From positions 60,822,001 to 60,886,000 of the forward strand of contig NC_043001.1 in NCBI RefSeq assembly GCF_006345805.1: a stretch of 64,000 nucleotides of DNA, in the 5' to 3' direction. Made by a program: the position numbers and the translations under genes. Origin of the DNA: Octopus sinensis. Its lineage: Eukaryota. The notes beneath the pieces are model-generated. The model saw nothing but the letters and a program-made list of their open reading frames with translations. It had not been told where the DNA came from and made no database searches. Numbering within the stretch: position 1 is the first letter of the stretch; each line of letters begins with the position of its first letter. Of this stretch, positions 13,346 to 26,771 are shown one piece after another.

Positions 13346-14329
13346 ACGCGTGAGAAAGAAAGAGAGAGAGAGAAAAGGAGGAAAATGGAGAAATTGACAT
13401 ACAGACATCAGTTTATTCAAAAATATTCAAATCCATATAATAAAATTCTTGTCCTACAGTCGTTTCCATAACCAATTAGATCAATTACAAGAATTAAATT
13501 GATTTAATTTAATTTAAATTCTCATATTGAAATAGGCTAATTGGATATTTCATCAGGGAAGAATTTTCTCAAAAGGGAGTTACGTCTCAACGTGTTTGTT
13601 GACCTACCACTGACTCAAATATGTGCGTTTTAGAATGTGTTCGTTGTTTTAAAAATACCGTTATTTACATTATATATACATATAAACAAATATGTTCGAT
13701 ATATTTGTGCAGAACCATATGTAATACATGACGGTTTTTATTGGCGGGGATGTGGTAGTTAGGGCGAAATAGATGCTATAATAAGAGAGAGAATGATGGG
13801 TAGAGAGAGTGGGGGATAAGGTTGTAACATTCATCAAGGAGTTGTGAATGCGTTTGTTAAATATACTGAAGATAACAAAAATATGGCGCATCAAAACTTC
13901 TAGTTAATTACAATATAATAGTGTTGCCTCATCAATATTTGTGCGTAAATCTATGGTCAATATAAAATTTGTAAACGAAAACAAACCTTAACCATTACCA
14001 GATACTATTTATAAATAATATATATCAGACCATTGAACACTAAAGCTGTAATTACAATTAAGATAATGTTCTAGCTCAAATTTAGTTTTATAAATTATTA
14101 TAAGAATTTCCACGATATATTAATAAGAAACGTGCTTATTTTGAATTTATAATAAAATAACGATACATTGTCACGTATAGATGACATGACGTGCAGCTAC
14201 ACCATTTAATTGATATATTATATTATATTACATCATAACATATATTTTTCATCAATATTACATCACCTAACCATTTATTAACGATCAACATCAATGATGA
14301 TTATATATTGAATGGTAATTTCTAAGAGT

Positions 14330-15200
14330 CCATTTACTTGCGTGAACACATGAAAAACCAGAAGTTAAGAGACGTTTCGTAGAATATAAGATCAAAAATA
14401 AATCAAAAGGAGTTTTCAGGCTTATAAGCAGTTGTCTTGCTTATAATCTCCTACTCCACAGACAAATGGTTTTTCTTGTCTATCAAGTCCCAGATAAATT
14501 TACTGAGGATGGTAGGTCTGTTCATATTAAAGCTGTAAATATGGTTTGAGATGCGTTTCTTAACAAAATTTTGCACAACCCCTATATAGAAGAAACTTTT
14601 ACCCTAAGATATTACCGTACATCTGTAAACAACATTATTTTGCTTACAATAATTTTCAAATAAACATTCAGTTCTAAACCTGCCATCAGAAAATGTATTT
14701 TCATTAGTACTAGTATTATTATTCTGTTTCACACCATTATAAACAATATAATTGCTATCTGCCATTTAATCTGCTTTCAAGAGATTGGGATGGGATTGAC
14801 ACGGGCTGTTTCCCTTTGCACAATAGACGTCCCAAATTTACTTTCCTTTGTAACGTTTATTCCATTGGTATTACTGTTATGGCGTTTATTACTATTACAA
14901 TTATTATAAAAATTAGATACTTCCTTCCGCTAATTGAAGATATAATTTGGTATAAATTATTAGATATGAAATAACCAATTTTAAGAAGCCTGGTGTTTGT
15001 AATATCCTAATATTTATTTTCCTTTGTAAAGTGTTTAGAGAAAAGTTTGTGTAAGGTTCCAACCAAATTACCCTTAATTTGCTTTGCGAATGGAACTATG
15101 AACCAAAAATGGCTTTTAAAAAACACACACATTCTAAAACGTATAGATCTCTGGTCTGTTATAGGCCAACCAAAATTTTAAAATGAAACTCCTTTTTGTG
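14330..15200 (-). mobile_element. Penelope-like element remnant (RT-EN linker and GIY-YIG region)
   Basis: Minus-strand frames give FWFIVPFAKQIKGNLVGTLHKLFSKHF and KFIWDLIDKK, resembling the PLE WFNPP...KHF linker and the SKYIW motif. Many stops. Confidence 0.6.
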
Positions 15201-16019
15201 AAAATTTTCCCAGATGAAATACCCAATTAATTAATTTTAATATGAAAATATAAATCAATTCATATTTAATTTCTGTAATTGAATTTATTGAATATGGAAA
15301 CAGCTGTAGGACAAGAATTTCGTTATTTGAATATCTTTGAGTAAGCTAATATCTGGATGTCAGCTTTTCCATTTTCTTCCTTTTCTCATTCATAAATATT
15401 TTAGATACTTATATAAATCAATGCAAATCTGATATATTTAAGTTTCATTGGACACTGCTATAAACCGGAGAGCGAGGATGCTAGCATCTTTTAAAGGATT
15501 ATAGTTCCTTGACACAATCAAATTACATATATATATATATTAGAGCTTTACCTTTACGGGATGCACTCGTCAACAAAATAGATAGGAAGACAATATTTCA
15601 TATTGTAATGCAATGAATGCATTTAATATACAAAAGCACATTATTGCATGATGGATGCAACCACAATATGCTTTATACATTATATCTTTTGTACATTGAA
15701 ATGGAAATATATTTTCTAATAATACCTGACTGATAATTCATGTTTAAATGCACGCAGTTCAACAATATTCCGGAATCCGTTGAAAGTAATCTTCTATTAT
15801 ATAGTGTAATTAATCAATTACATACTTATTACTGTTATTTGATTCGAAGAAATGCACATATATGTAACCTTACAGTCTGCACAGTTTGAGTACAAATGTT
15901 GAATTACTGTTATTCAAATCCCTATTTGTTGATTATTCATGAGAACGTGAATAGTTAATTCTTTCATTTTCCATAATCTAAGTACATTTCACATATTCTC
16001 CATCATGGATGTATGTTTC

Positions 16020-16057
16020 TGTATAAATATATATGTGTATGTGCGTATGTATGAGTT

Positions 16058-16125
<68 letters not shown>

Positions 16126-16231
16126 TGTATGCATATATATATATGTATATGTATATATAAATATATGTGTGTGTGTGTGTAATATGTAAATATATACATA
16201 TAACTATAAATATTCACACTATCTGTCTATT

Positions 16232-16297
<66 letters not shown>

Positions 16298-16308
16298 ATT
16301 ATTATATA

Positions 16309-16370
<62 letters not shown>
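16020..16370. repeat. (TA)n/(TATG)n microsatellite block
   Basis: Seen directly. Confidence 0.97.
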
Positions 16371-16949
16371 CACAAAGTGGAGTTGTAGGGTACCGCACGA
16401 CTGGAATTATATAAGGAAGAAGGTTTGAAAATGCAGTTTTAAAAGATGTTTATTTACGTTACTGTTTTCACTCTTTGGAAAAAGATTGTCAAAAGTAACA
16501 TGTAAAAGTTTGGTTGTGTTAATTATTGGTTGTTACAAAATGCTACAATACATATATATATACAGTCTTTGGTAACAAGAACATGTTAAGAACATAAAAA
16601 AGTTTAACAAATTCATTAGAATATCGGGCACAAAAGATTACAACATAAATATACATTCTCAAGAAAATGTTAAAGATAGTTTCCAGAATGAATTATTAAA
16701 AAGTTCAGTGAAATATTGGTATACACGCAAAGAATATTATGAGTTCAAAAAAGTTTACATTATAGTAGTAGGGAAGCTCAAACTGACATGTCCACCATGT
16801 TAACGTAAAATATTATCTATTTCAAGGTAAAATGTGTGTTTGGGTGGGAGAAGGAAGAGTAATGTGGAACTGAAAAGAATTTCTCATTTTTGTCTCTCCT
16901 TCACGTATCAATGATTTGGGGGATTGGTCTTTAGAGGTCAGAATGGTTC

Positions 16950-17738
16950 TAGTGTGTGTACCTTTGTGTGTGTATATACATATGTGGTGTGAATAGATGT
17001 GTCTGTGTGTTTGTAAAATCTGGTAGGATGGTGTGTGTATATGTGTGCCCATTTGTCAACCGTGTGTGTGATTGTCTTGGTGTTGTATGTGTGTGTATGT
17101 ATGTGCGTGATTAGCATTTGTCATGGTGCTGTGTGTGTGCATGTGTGTGTATATGTGTGTCCCTTTTTGTCAACCGTGTGTGTGATTGTCTTGGTGTTGT
17201 GTGCATGTGTGTGTATATGTGTGTCTGTATGGAGGTCAAAATGGTGTGAGTGTGTGTGTCTTTGTGCGTGTATATATATGTATACATGTGTTTGGGTGTG
17301 TGGGGTGCTGTTTTTGATTGGCCACAGGGTCCATTGTGGCGTAAATAGATGTGTGTTTTTAAAATTTGGTAGGATGGTGTGTGTATATGTGTGCCCGTTT
17401 GTGTGTGTGTGTATGTGTGTGGTTAATGTTTGTTAGTGTGTTGCGTGTGCGCTAGTGTATATGTGTTTGTTCGTATGTGTGTCCATGTCTGTTGGGTGCA
17501 TCTGTGTGGCGTGTGTGTGTATATGCATTTTGTGTGTGTTGGTATTGAGTATGTGTTTGTATTGAGTGTGTGCGTATATATGGTGCGAGTGTGTGTCTTT
17601 GTGTGTGTGTATATACATATACATGTGTTTGTGTGTGTGTGTGTGTATGAATGTGCGTGATTGGTCTTTGTCATGGTGCTTTGTGTGCGCACCTGTGTGT
17701 ATATGTGCGTCTGTATGGGGATCAAAACGGTGTGAGTG

Positions 17739-17772
<34 letters not shown>

Positions 17773-18130
17773 CATACATGTGTTTGTGTGGGGGCCGATT
17801 TTGATTGTTCCCAGGGTCCACTGTGGTGTAAAAAGACGTGTTTTTAAGATTTGGTAGGAATGTGTGCGTATATGTGTGCCCGTTTGTGTTTGTATGTGTG
17901 TGGTTAATGCTTGTTAGTGTGTTGCGTGTGCGGCAGTGTGTGTATGTGTTTGTTCGTATGTGTGACCATGTGTATTGGGTTTGTCTGGGTGGCGTGTGTG
18001 TGTTTATGCGTTTTGTGTGTGTTGGTATTGAGTATGCGTTTGTGGGTGTGCGCGTACAAGGACACAAATGTGCGCCGGTATCCAACTGGAAAAGATGTTT
18101 TCTTGGTGATAAAAAAGCTAGTAACATTAG
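16950..18130. repeat. TG-rich degenerate minisatellite with higher-order units
   Basis: The anchor tggtagga..gtgtg.gtatatgtgtgccc recurs at ~17023, ~17366 and ~17851. The block ccacagggtccattgtggcgtaaa/cccagggtccactgtggtgtaaa occurs twice. Confidence 0.8.
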
Positions 18131-18258
18131 TATTATATATATATATGTACATATATATATATATATACATATATATTTATATATATATATATACATATAT
18201 ATATGCATATGTATTTATTATATGTATGTTATTTATTTAATGCTTCATTTATTGAAGG

Positions 18259-18379
18259 AGAAGAAGAAGAAGAAGAAGAAGAAGAAGAAGAAGAAGAAGA
18301 AGAAGAAGAAGAAGAAGAAGAAGAAGAAGAAGAAGAAGAAGAAGAAGAAGAAGAAGAAGAAGAAGAAGAAGAAGAAGAA
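18259..18379. repeat. (GAA)n microsatellite, ~40 units
   Basis: Seen directly. Confidence 0.99.
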
Positions 18380-18549
18380 AGGAATGCGAGATTTGTATGA
18401 CAGTATCGGGATATTAAATGGACAATTGACCTAAAAGTGACTCGTTAGTTATGATTCTGAAAAAACTCTTGAAGTGATTGTTTTGAATTTATCGATTTTA
18501 ATATTTGCGTGTGTGTCATTGTAAGTCCTTGGTGAATACGTCATTTGTT

Positions 18550-18826
18550 GCGGATGCATTCCAAAGGGGTTTGTATTTTGTGATAAAGAATGACTCTTTA
18601 CTTGCTACAGGTTGTATTGTCCCTGAATTGATAGTGGTGAAAACTTCTAAAGCTGTTTTTTTTTGTTGTTATTGACGCAAATGTCGACGTGTTCGCTGAA
18701 TGCTGTTTTACTGTTATTCGGAATTTTGATCTGAGATATGTGTAGATTCATCCTTTGAAGTAGACTATTTATTGTTTGGCCTATGCATTGCTCTCGATAC
18801 CCTGAGCAGATTAATACGTATATCAG
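18550..18826 (-). mobile_element. Penelope-like GIY-YIG endonuclease remnant
   Basis: Open minus frame LIYVLICSGYREQCIGQTINSLLQRMNLHISQI...SEHVDIC...KESFFITKYKPLWN fits the GIY-YIG pattern (LIY..C..C..YIG.T, R..H, E..I..P..N). Confidence 0.8.
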
Positions 18827-19756
18827 TAAAATCTATTTGCCACTGCAAAGTAGCAGTCCTCATTAGGATGATGTTACCACTTTTTTTAGCCCAAGGAAAA
18901 CATTTTTTCAAGCTGGGTAACTGCGTCTTATATCTCGAACAAGGGAGCTAATGTCCCCACTCTGCCTTAAATGGTACTTGTAACCGATACTTTCTTGGTT
19001 ATTTCCGTTCATTGGCACAAAGCGAGCAGTACTAGTCCTTGCTTGAGATATATATTTTTAAAGTGACCAACAGTCACTGATATCGTTTAGAGAAACACAA
19101 TTAATTTTAAATCAGTAAGCGAGAATTAATTAGTAACGGTACTTCAGAATAAAATATATTTGCCAATGTAAAGTGGCATTCCTGATTAGGACGATGTTAC
19201 TACCTATTATTAGCTCCAAGAAAACATATTTTCTAGCTAGCTACCGACGCACAACTTCGTGCTTATACCTCTAACTGGGCCTAGTGCTGCCATGTCTAGC
19301 CAACGGTTATACTGAGCCGATGAAGAGAAATAACCTAGAAACAATGTTCGGCATGTACAGTTTAAAGCTGAGTGGAGATATTAGCACTCTTGTTTGAGGT
19401 ACAAGGACACAGCTGTGCGACGGTAGCCAACTGGAAAAGATGTCCGCTGGTACCATTTAAGACTGATTGCGGACATTAGCTCCCTTCTTCGAGGTAGAAG
19501 GACGCGGTTCTGCGTCGGTTACTGGCTGGAAAACATGTTTGCTGGAGCTAAAATCCGTAGTAAAATTGTTCTAATCAGAACTGCTACTTTACGTTGGAAA
19601 ATACATTTTTCTCTATAGTACTGTTACTACTTACTTCTCGCTGAGAAATTTAAACTTATTATTTTCTTCCTTATATATATTTAATACTAAAACTCTAGAA
19701 GATATTTGTTTGTACCCGAAATATCTCAGAAATAGTATATTTTACCTTAATTCTAC

Positions 19757-19824
19757 TTTTTCTTCTTCTTTTTCTTCTTCTTTTTCTTCTTCTTCTTCTT
19801 CTTCTTCTTCTTCTTCTTCTTCTT

Positions 19825-19903
<79 letters not shown>

Positions 19904-19965
19904 TCCTTCTTCTTCTACTTTTACTTCTTTTTCTTCCGTTTCTTCTTTTTCTTCTTCTTCTTCTT
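19757..19965. repeat. Compound (TCT)n-(TAT)n microsatellite
   Basis: Seen directly. Confidence 0.98.
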
Positions 19966-20267
19966 AATCTTCTCCTTCTTGTTTTTCTTTCTTCGTCTTA
20001 TTCTCTGCCAGTTCTTCATCATGTATTCCTACATCCCCAACGATGGCAATATCTATGATAATTATTTCCTTCATTATTGTATCAACTACAGCAATGTCTG
20101 GTCTCTGATCATCAAACACCGAATCACATTGGATTTAAGATTGTATATTCATAATTCCCGATGATAACGTGTTTCATGCTCGTACCATTTCAATATCTTT
20201 TCAACACCATGTTTCTCACACAATCTCCAGGGAGCACACATAAGTTATCAACATCATAATCTTCATC

Positions 20268-20453
<186 letters not shown>

Positions 20454-20820
20454 ACCTCCGCCTTAGCGAACGCTGTGGTATTGATTTCAGTCGTGTTTGT
20501 TTGTTTGTTTGTTTCTTAATCCGTGAGCAACATATCTTAAGAAACGCTGAATGGATTCGTATGAAATTTCAGGGATGTTTGGCAGTGTGACTAGCACTAA
20601 CTGTTTAGATTTTAGGATCGATCCAGTACCGCACACGGACAATTTTTCCTATTTTTTGTTTACTTAAGTTTTGAGAGATGTCGTGTTCATTTTTACTATC
20701 CTCGGTTGTAAGAGCACTACAGTTTATTTCAGATATTTACATTTAAAAATCGTCTCAGGTTAAACGTTGAGGGGATGTTGGCTTTGCCTTGGCGGATGTT
20801 TGCGTTCTCTGACTGTTCTT
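20454..20820 (+). mobile_element. Non-autonomous Helentron/HINE (DINE-1-like), copy 1
   Basis: Starts acctccgcc with a decayed hairpin (ttagcgaacgctgtggt), then (TTTG)n and the core gaatggattcgtatgaaattt. The far end has the inverted subterminal ggcggatgt followed by tttgcgttctctgactgttctt. Confidence 0.65.
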
Positions 20821-20956
20821 GTTGTTGTTGTTGTTATTATTATTATTATTATTATATTATTATTATTATTATATATTATTATTATTATATATTATTATTA
20901 TTATTATTATCATTATTATTATTATTATTATCATTATTATGCTTATTATTATTATC

Positions 20957-21323
20957 ACCTCCGCCTTAGCGAACGCTGTGGTATTGATTTCAGTCGTGTT
21001 TGTTTGTTTGTTTCTTTCTTAATCCGTGAGCAACATATCTTAAGAAACGCTGAATGGATTCGTATGAAATTTCAGGGATGTTTGGCAGTGTGACTAGCAC
21101 TAACTGTTTAGATTTTAGGATCGATCCAGTACCGCACACGGACAATTTTTCCTATTTTTTGTTTACTTAAGTTTTGAGAGATGTCGTGTTCATTTTTACT
21201 ATCCTCGGTTGTAAGAGCACTACAGTTTATTTCAGATATTTACATTTAAAAATCGTCTCAGGTTAAACGTTGAGGGGATGTTGGCTTTGCCTTGGCGGAT
21301 GTTTGCGTTCTCTGACTGTTCTT
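20957..21323 (+). mobile_element. Non-autonomous Helentron/HINE, copy 2 (tandem, near identical to copy 1)
   Basis: Direct repeat of 20454-20820 with a period of ~503 bp. The only difference I noticed is in the (TTTG)n tract. Confidence 0.65.
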
Positions 21324-21330
21324 GTTGTTG

Positions 21331-21399
<69 letters not shown>

Positions 21400-21401
<2 letters not shown>

Positions 21402-21650
21402 TCATGAACACTCACAACTTATTTTGTTGAGTATGATAGAAAGTGTCAGCTGTCCACAGCCAGTAGACTAAGATGACACTTGTTTACTGGTCATGCTTCA
21501 AGAATTCTGCGAAGAATTCTTACAGTTCCAAGCAACGCTGAATTTTGTAGGTGTTCCTTCACACTGGCCTGTTACTAGCTGAGTGCTGAAATTCCCAAGT
21601 GCACCAATTACTATTAGTATCACGTCTACTCTCTTCATTGACCATAACCA
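21400..21650 (-). mobile_element. R4/Dong-like REL LINE, 3' end
   Basis: Minus frame gives MKRVDVILIVIGALG and, after a frameshift, the LLGT.RILRRILEA* terminus. The 3' UTR runs into (AAT)n. Confidence 0.65.
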
Positions 21651-23020
21651 TCGTATTTTATTATTACTATTATAATTATTTTTATTATTGATTTAATATT
21701 TTCTTATCCGTTTAAATTGGAAAGGCATAAAATATTGCACCGTACGGTATCTTATCTACCACATGCAACCTTAAATAAAATAACTTAACATGTAGCTAGG
21801 ATATGTAATCTTATGTATACATTTCTCGTAGATATGTTCTCGGTAAATGTATCAATACACAATATAATTTTTTCATTTATAAGATATTATTACATATGAA
21901 ATTTTTTCCGTATTTTTAATATACTTATTTGTACCCTTTACTCCATATATAAAAAAGATTTTTCTTACATTCACAATCCACTATTACCTTACATCAGTTA
22001 TTATTATTTATATAATATTGCTATAGACTTCCCACTTCCATTATGCCAAACTAGATTCTCAACTCTTGTTCTGTTTTGTAATTTATTCATACAAAAACAT
22101 AGTCAACCTACTAAATACCGATAACTATAACGCTTTTAAAAAATATTCTTACGACTTTGTCTCAGCTTAATTGCCCCTACAATATTAATTTCCTAGCCTC
22201 GAAGGGTTTTTTTCAATATTTTTAGCCACAGCAAGTACTTCTGTTTTTATTTCTTTATCTTATATTTAATTCACACAAATGAATAAACGTTTTTACACTA
22301 AAAAATAGCATCCATTATATGGAGCTATTCTCTAATAACTCCGTTTTCTTCGTTTGTATTCAACTAGCATAATAAAAACTATATTAACTAGTTTTCATTT
22401 TTTATTCTCGCACTGAAAATTCTTTTTTATTAAAAACAACTTTAAATATACACCATACCTTATATTACTTATATATTACTCATAACTATCAAGTCATATC
22501 CTAATTCAAATATAAGTATGCTGCCCCACTGGACATCTCTATCTTAATAAATGCTTTCTTTAGAGTGTATATTACTTAACTACTTATTTTTATATAGAGG
22601 GAATATTTCTTAAACATCTTTTATTTATATTTTCAAATAACCGTTAACCACATTTCTTTTAGTTTTGTTCACAACTAGACTCAACAAGTATGCTCTTGAT
22701 CTTTCATAAGGATAAAATATGTATATCCGAATATGTTATTTCCGGCATCAACTCTTCTGTAACAATAATAACAATTTTTTATATATATTTTTTTGCAACG
22801 AGGAGATCAGTAATATGAAATTATTTTAATTTAATTTCTAATTATTCTACTATGTTACTTACATGTGAAAAGCATGTATTAAAATTCTGTTTTAAATGTT
22901 AACATCTCTTCTCCAACTTTAACTGTTTGTTGACTTTCTATGGGATACTTTTCCATAAATTCTCATCACATACAATACACACACACGCACACACACAAAC
23001 GTGCACACACACACACATAT

Positions 23021-23082
<62 letters not shown>

Positions 23083-24599
23083 TGAAATGGATAAATGAAT
23101 TATCTCGTTACGGATTATTCAAAATTTAACCGATACCTGGGTAGCAAAAATCACAACAGAAAAAAACACGGTTGAGGTTACGACCATGGGGTGTCGCAAC
23201 CGTGCCTTAGTGCGGATAATTGAAGTTTTATATATTTAGTGAAGGGAAGAAATGGAGCTGAACGAAGATTCTACAAAATTCCTTTTTATTATTTTCTACA
23301 CATGTTTCAAAGGCTGCAAATTTCCAAATTCGGATTGAATAAGGAGACCATTTTGCAGCTTTCTCTTCTGGAAAAACCAGGAATTTAAATCTCCAAACAA
23401 ATGCGCAGCAAGCTATTCGAACAAAACGCTCCCTAGGAGCCCATGGTAAAACACAAAACTGTCTCACAAAACGTCAGGGTGGGTGAAGGCCGACGAAAAA
23501 GTCCGTTGGAATAAATCGAGGTCAAACTGCGGTTAAATTTGGTAGGGGAAGAATTCCAGAAAACCAAAGAGTGTGAATATATTCTGTATAACTAATGTTA
23601 ATGTTCGAATTGTTTTAAGAATGAAAGCTATCTTATTTGGGTGTGAGAAACTATTTACATGTATGTGTGTGTGCGCCTGTGTATGTGTGGCAGTATGTTA
23701 GGAAGCAGCTAGAGGGAAAATATATTGCAGATATTGTAGGTCAAGCGGCTGAAAAAAGCATGTGTCTGTGTGTTCGTCTGTGGTCAGTTTACACACAGAT
23801 GACTTGTCAAACAAGGGGAGTATAATCCCTGATATTGTTTCTAAAAAAGTAGCAGATCATACGCTAAAAGGGGAGTAATTTCCCTTTACAAATTTAATTC
23901 AAAATTGTTTCCAAAATTTTTTTTTCCAAATTTTTTCCAAAATTTTTTTTTCTTTTCTTAGGACATCAAGGTGTTAATTATCTTAGGCTTCAATTGTATG
24001 CAAGAAATGTGTGTCAAAACCGTTATGGGAGGAAACATATATATATATATGTATGTATATGTATAAAGGTAAGCAGAGTTAGCGGTTGGAATAACCGTCT
24101 AAGGGATGAGAATATCCGTTTTAGTAACGGTATCATATGTCTATGCAACTCTGGGCATGGCTATGCTAGCACACAATGCTCATAGGGTAAGGTAATAACT
24201 GAATAAACAAAAGTGTATCTGGAATTCAAATTTATATAAGCAGAAAATGGAGAAAAGTTTTGATCAACAAATAAAAAAATTGAATAACATCGGTTAATTA
24301 ATTTTTACATTACATAACCCATCTTACTGCCGTTTCGGCTGCCCTTTTGTCAGTCGGTGCTTATGAAAGAAAATGTTGAAGATAATATTCATCATCTTTA
24401 TAGCGCATTCCATCTAGTACATGGAGCTTCATCAGAGTAAATACAAAACAAATATATAAAATAAAATACCTACATATCGAGCAGGAACATCTACCTGAAG
24501 GCATTTGAGATTTGCTAGCTTCCCTACTTACTAAATCTTTGGGTTTTGTCTGGTTAACTCTAAGGCCCTTCGATTCTAAACTTTGTTTCTACACCTGAA

Positions 24600-25600
24600 A
24601 TTTCTTCTCTAGTTCTGATAGTGAGTCAGGTTTATGAACAAGATCATCAGAGGCATCCTGCCTTAAATTCCCCTGTAATTGCCTAAAAGATTATGATGAA
24701 CAGGAGTGGGATGCAAACATATCTTTAGTGAACCCCTACTTGTACCCTGAATTCATTGCTCTACTTGTTGCCCACCCTCACCTTACTGACTACATCCGTA
24801 TACATGACTTATACAGTTCTCACCAACCACTTCTCTATCCCTAGTTTCCGCATTTATCACCAAATAAAGGTCTCCTCCCTGCCAACAAAAGCCAAATAGA
24901 GAGGTTTATCTTTGGCTAGGTACTTCTGCAGCTACCTTAATAGAAATATAGCATCATTGGTGCTTATCTCTGGCACAAAACGAAACTGCATCTCATCTAG
25001 ACTAACTCTCTCCCAAATTAGTTGGGTTATGTTCCTCTCTGTGACTTTCATTAACTGATCCAACAATTTGATATCTTTCACCTTTAACTTTGTAGCAGTT
25101 GACTATGGTAGTGCTACACCAGTCATTGAGTATTACTCCTTCATGTACTACCAGATTAACTATACAGGTAGCTAGACCATAACCCACAGCGCCAGATATT
25201 TCAAGTATTTCAGCCTGATGGGCCGGGGGGTTCCCCCGTGTTCATATCCTTCATCGCTTCATCTACAACACTACTGCTTTTGGGATTGCTATTCTCCCTG
25301 CTTGAGTAATATGAGGCAGACACTCCTTCTCCCATGAGCTCTCATCATTTAGTAGCCTTTCATAGCCTCATTATTTGCAGAAATACTAACTGCAAGTGAA
25401 CCATCGTCTATGCAAACATACTTCTCTCCAACAATATCGCAATTTTTCATGGCACTGTCTTGCAAAACGAAACACCTGAATCCGCTGTTCCTCACTTGGC
25501 AGAACATTGGCAAACCTCTTGCTTTGTGTTTCGCCCCAGGCTAAGTATACCTGCTTCCTAGCTTCCCTTCTAACTGCTTGATATAGCTCATTGCTACCAC
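24600..25600 (-). mobile_element. RTE-clade LINE reverse transcriptase remnant
   Basis: Minus frames give LYLAFV, MRKLGIEKWLVRTV, SKVRVGNK.SNEFRVQVGVH and PLLFII. Multiple stops and frameshifts. Confidence 0.75.
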
Positions 25601-25932
25601 CGCCGTTTTAAGTTCTTCCAAGCCTGTTTCTTTGTTTTAATTGTCCTGTCAATCACATTGATCCACCACCATGTCACCCTAGGTCTAGTTTGGGATTTTG
25701 CACCAACCCCAAATTTATATATATACAGAGAGGTGGGATAAATACAGAGATAGATAGATAAATAAGCACATACATACATTACGTAGGCTTCTAAATAGCA
25801 TATAATAATCCTGCGTTCATGTAATGCATACATTCAGTTTAAATACTGTATTGACATTACAGCCTATTCGCTTCTTCCATTTTTAAATAATTTTATTTTT
25901 ACAATAAATAATTTATTGCTGTTATATATCAA

Positions 25933-26243
25933 ACACCTTTCGTAATAATAACATTTACTTAAGATGTAATCTAAAAGCAAACTATTATTTTGATCTTATG
26001 TCTATCGTAACCTGTAGTGACAGATACGAATATTTACACTTCTTGGTATATTGATACATTTCTTGTTTATTTTACTAGGGTCAATGTTCCTCTGAAAATG
26101 AGAATAACTTCAAATAGAATCTCACTAGGCGCACGCAAAAGAGAATTACATAAAATAAAAGAAACCAGAAGAAATAACACGAATTACTTTCGCATCAATA
26201 TTTTTCTATTATACTATATTTAAAAGATACCCCTGAGTAATAC
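25933..26243. repeat. 311-bp segment duplicated at 26999-27309 (~98% identical)
   Basis: Direct comparison shows about 5 substitutions. The ORF track also lists twin 68-aa ORFs at 26017 and 27083. Confidence 0.95.
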
Positions 26244-26702
26244 TTCCGCTCATTCTGCAAATTATTCTGTTTCTTTGAACAAGTGAAGTATCGAACTAAT
26301 CTAACAGGTAGGAACAGACTGAAATTGTTCGCGTGTATTCTATAGCGTGAGAATTGCACATGTGTTTCAATGTAGGCATGTAGTTCATTAAGTAATAAGT
26401 GAAACGTTATTGATACCTAAGGCAGAATCAATGAAATGTCCAAAATAAATGTTTAGCTTCAGTCGCATTAAGAGACGAAATTACATTTGGCAAAGAAACA
26501 ATTCTCTAGGTCTCTGCAGATCGTTCACCTAACAATGAGAATTATATTTTAAGACATGATAAAACTGTGTCGATATAGACGTTATTGCAAATAGGCTTCG
26601 TTCAAATATTTCATCTTCATTATTTACTGGTCAGCCAATTCACATTCTATGCATGTTGTTATTTGATACGTATTCCATCTTCCCTCGGATATAAAAAGGA
26701 AC

Positions 26703-26770
<68 letters not shown>

Positions 26771-26771
26771 G

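Noticed and set aside
22000-22900. Possible very old PLE RT on the minus strand; similar region at 48300-49100 on the plus strand
   Set aside because: Only fragmentary motif resemblance, not enough to support a feature.
23168-23205. Small hairpin cacggttg...caaccgtg
   Set aside because: An 8-bp stem plus a short inner stem can arise by chance, and there is no supporting context.
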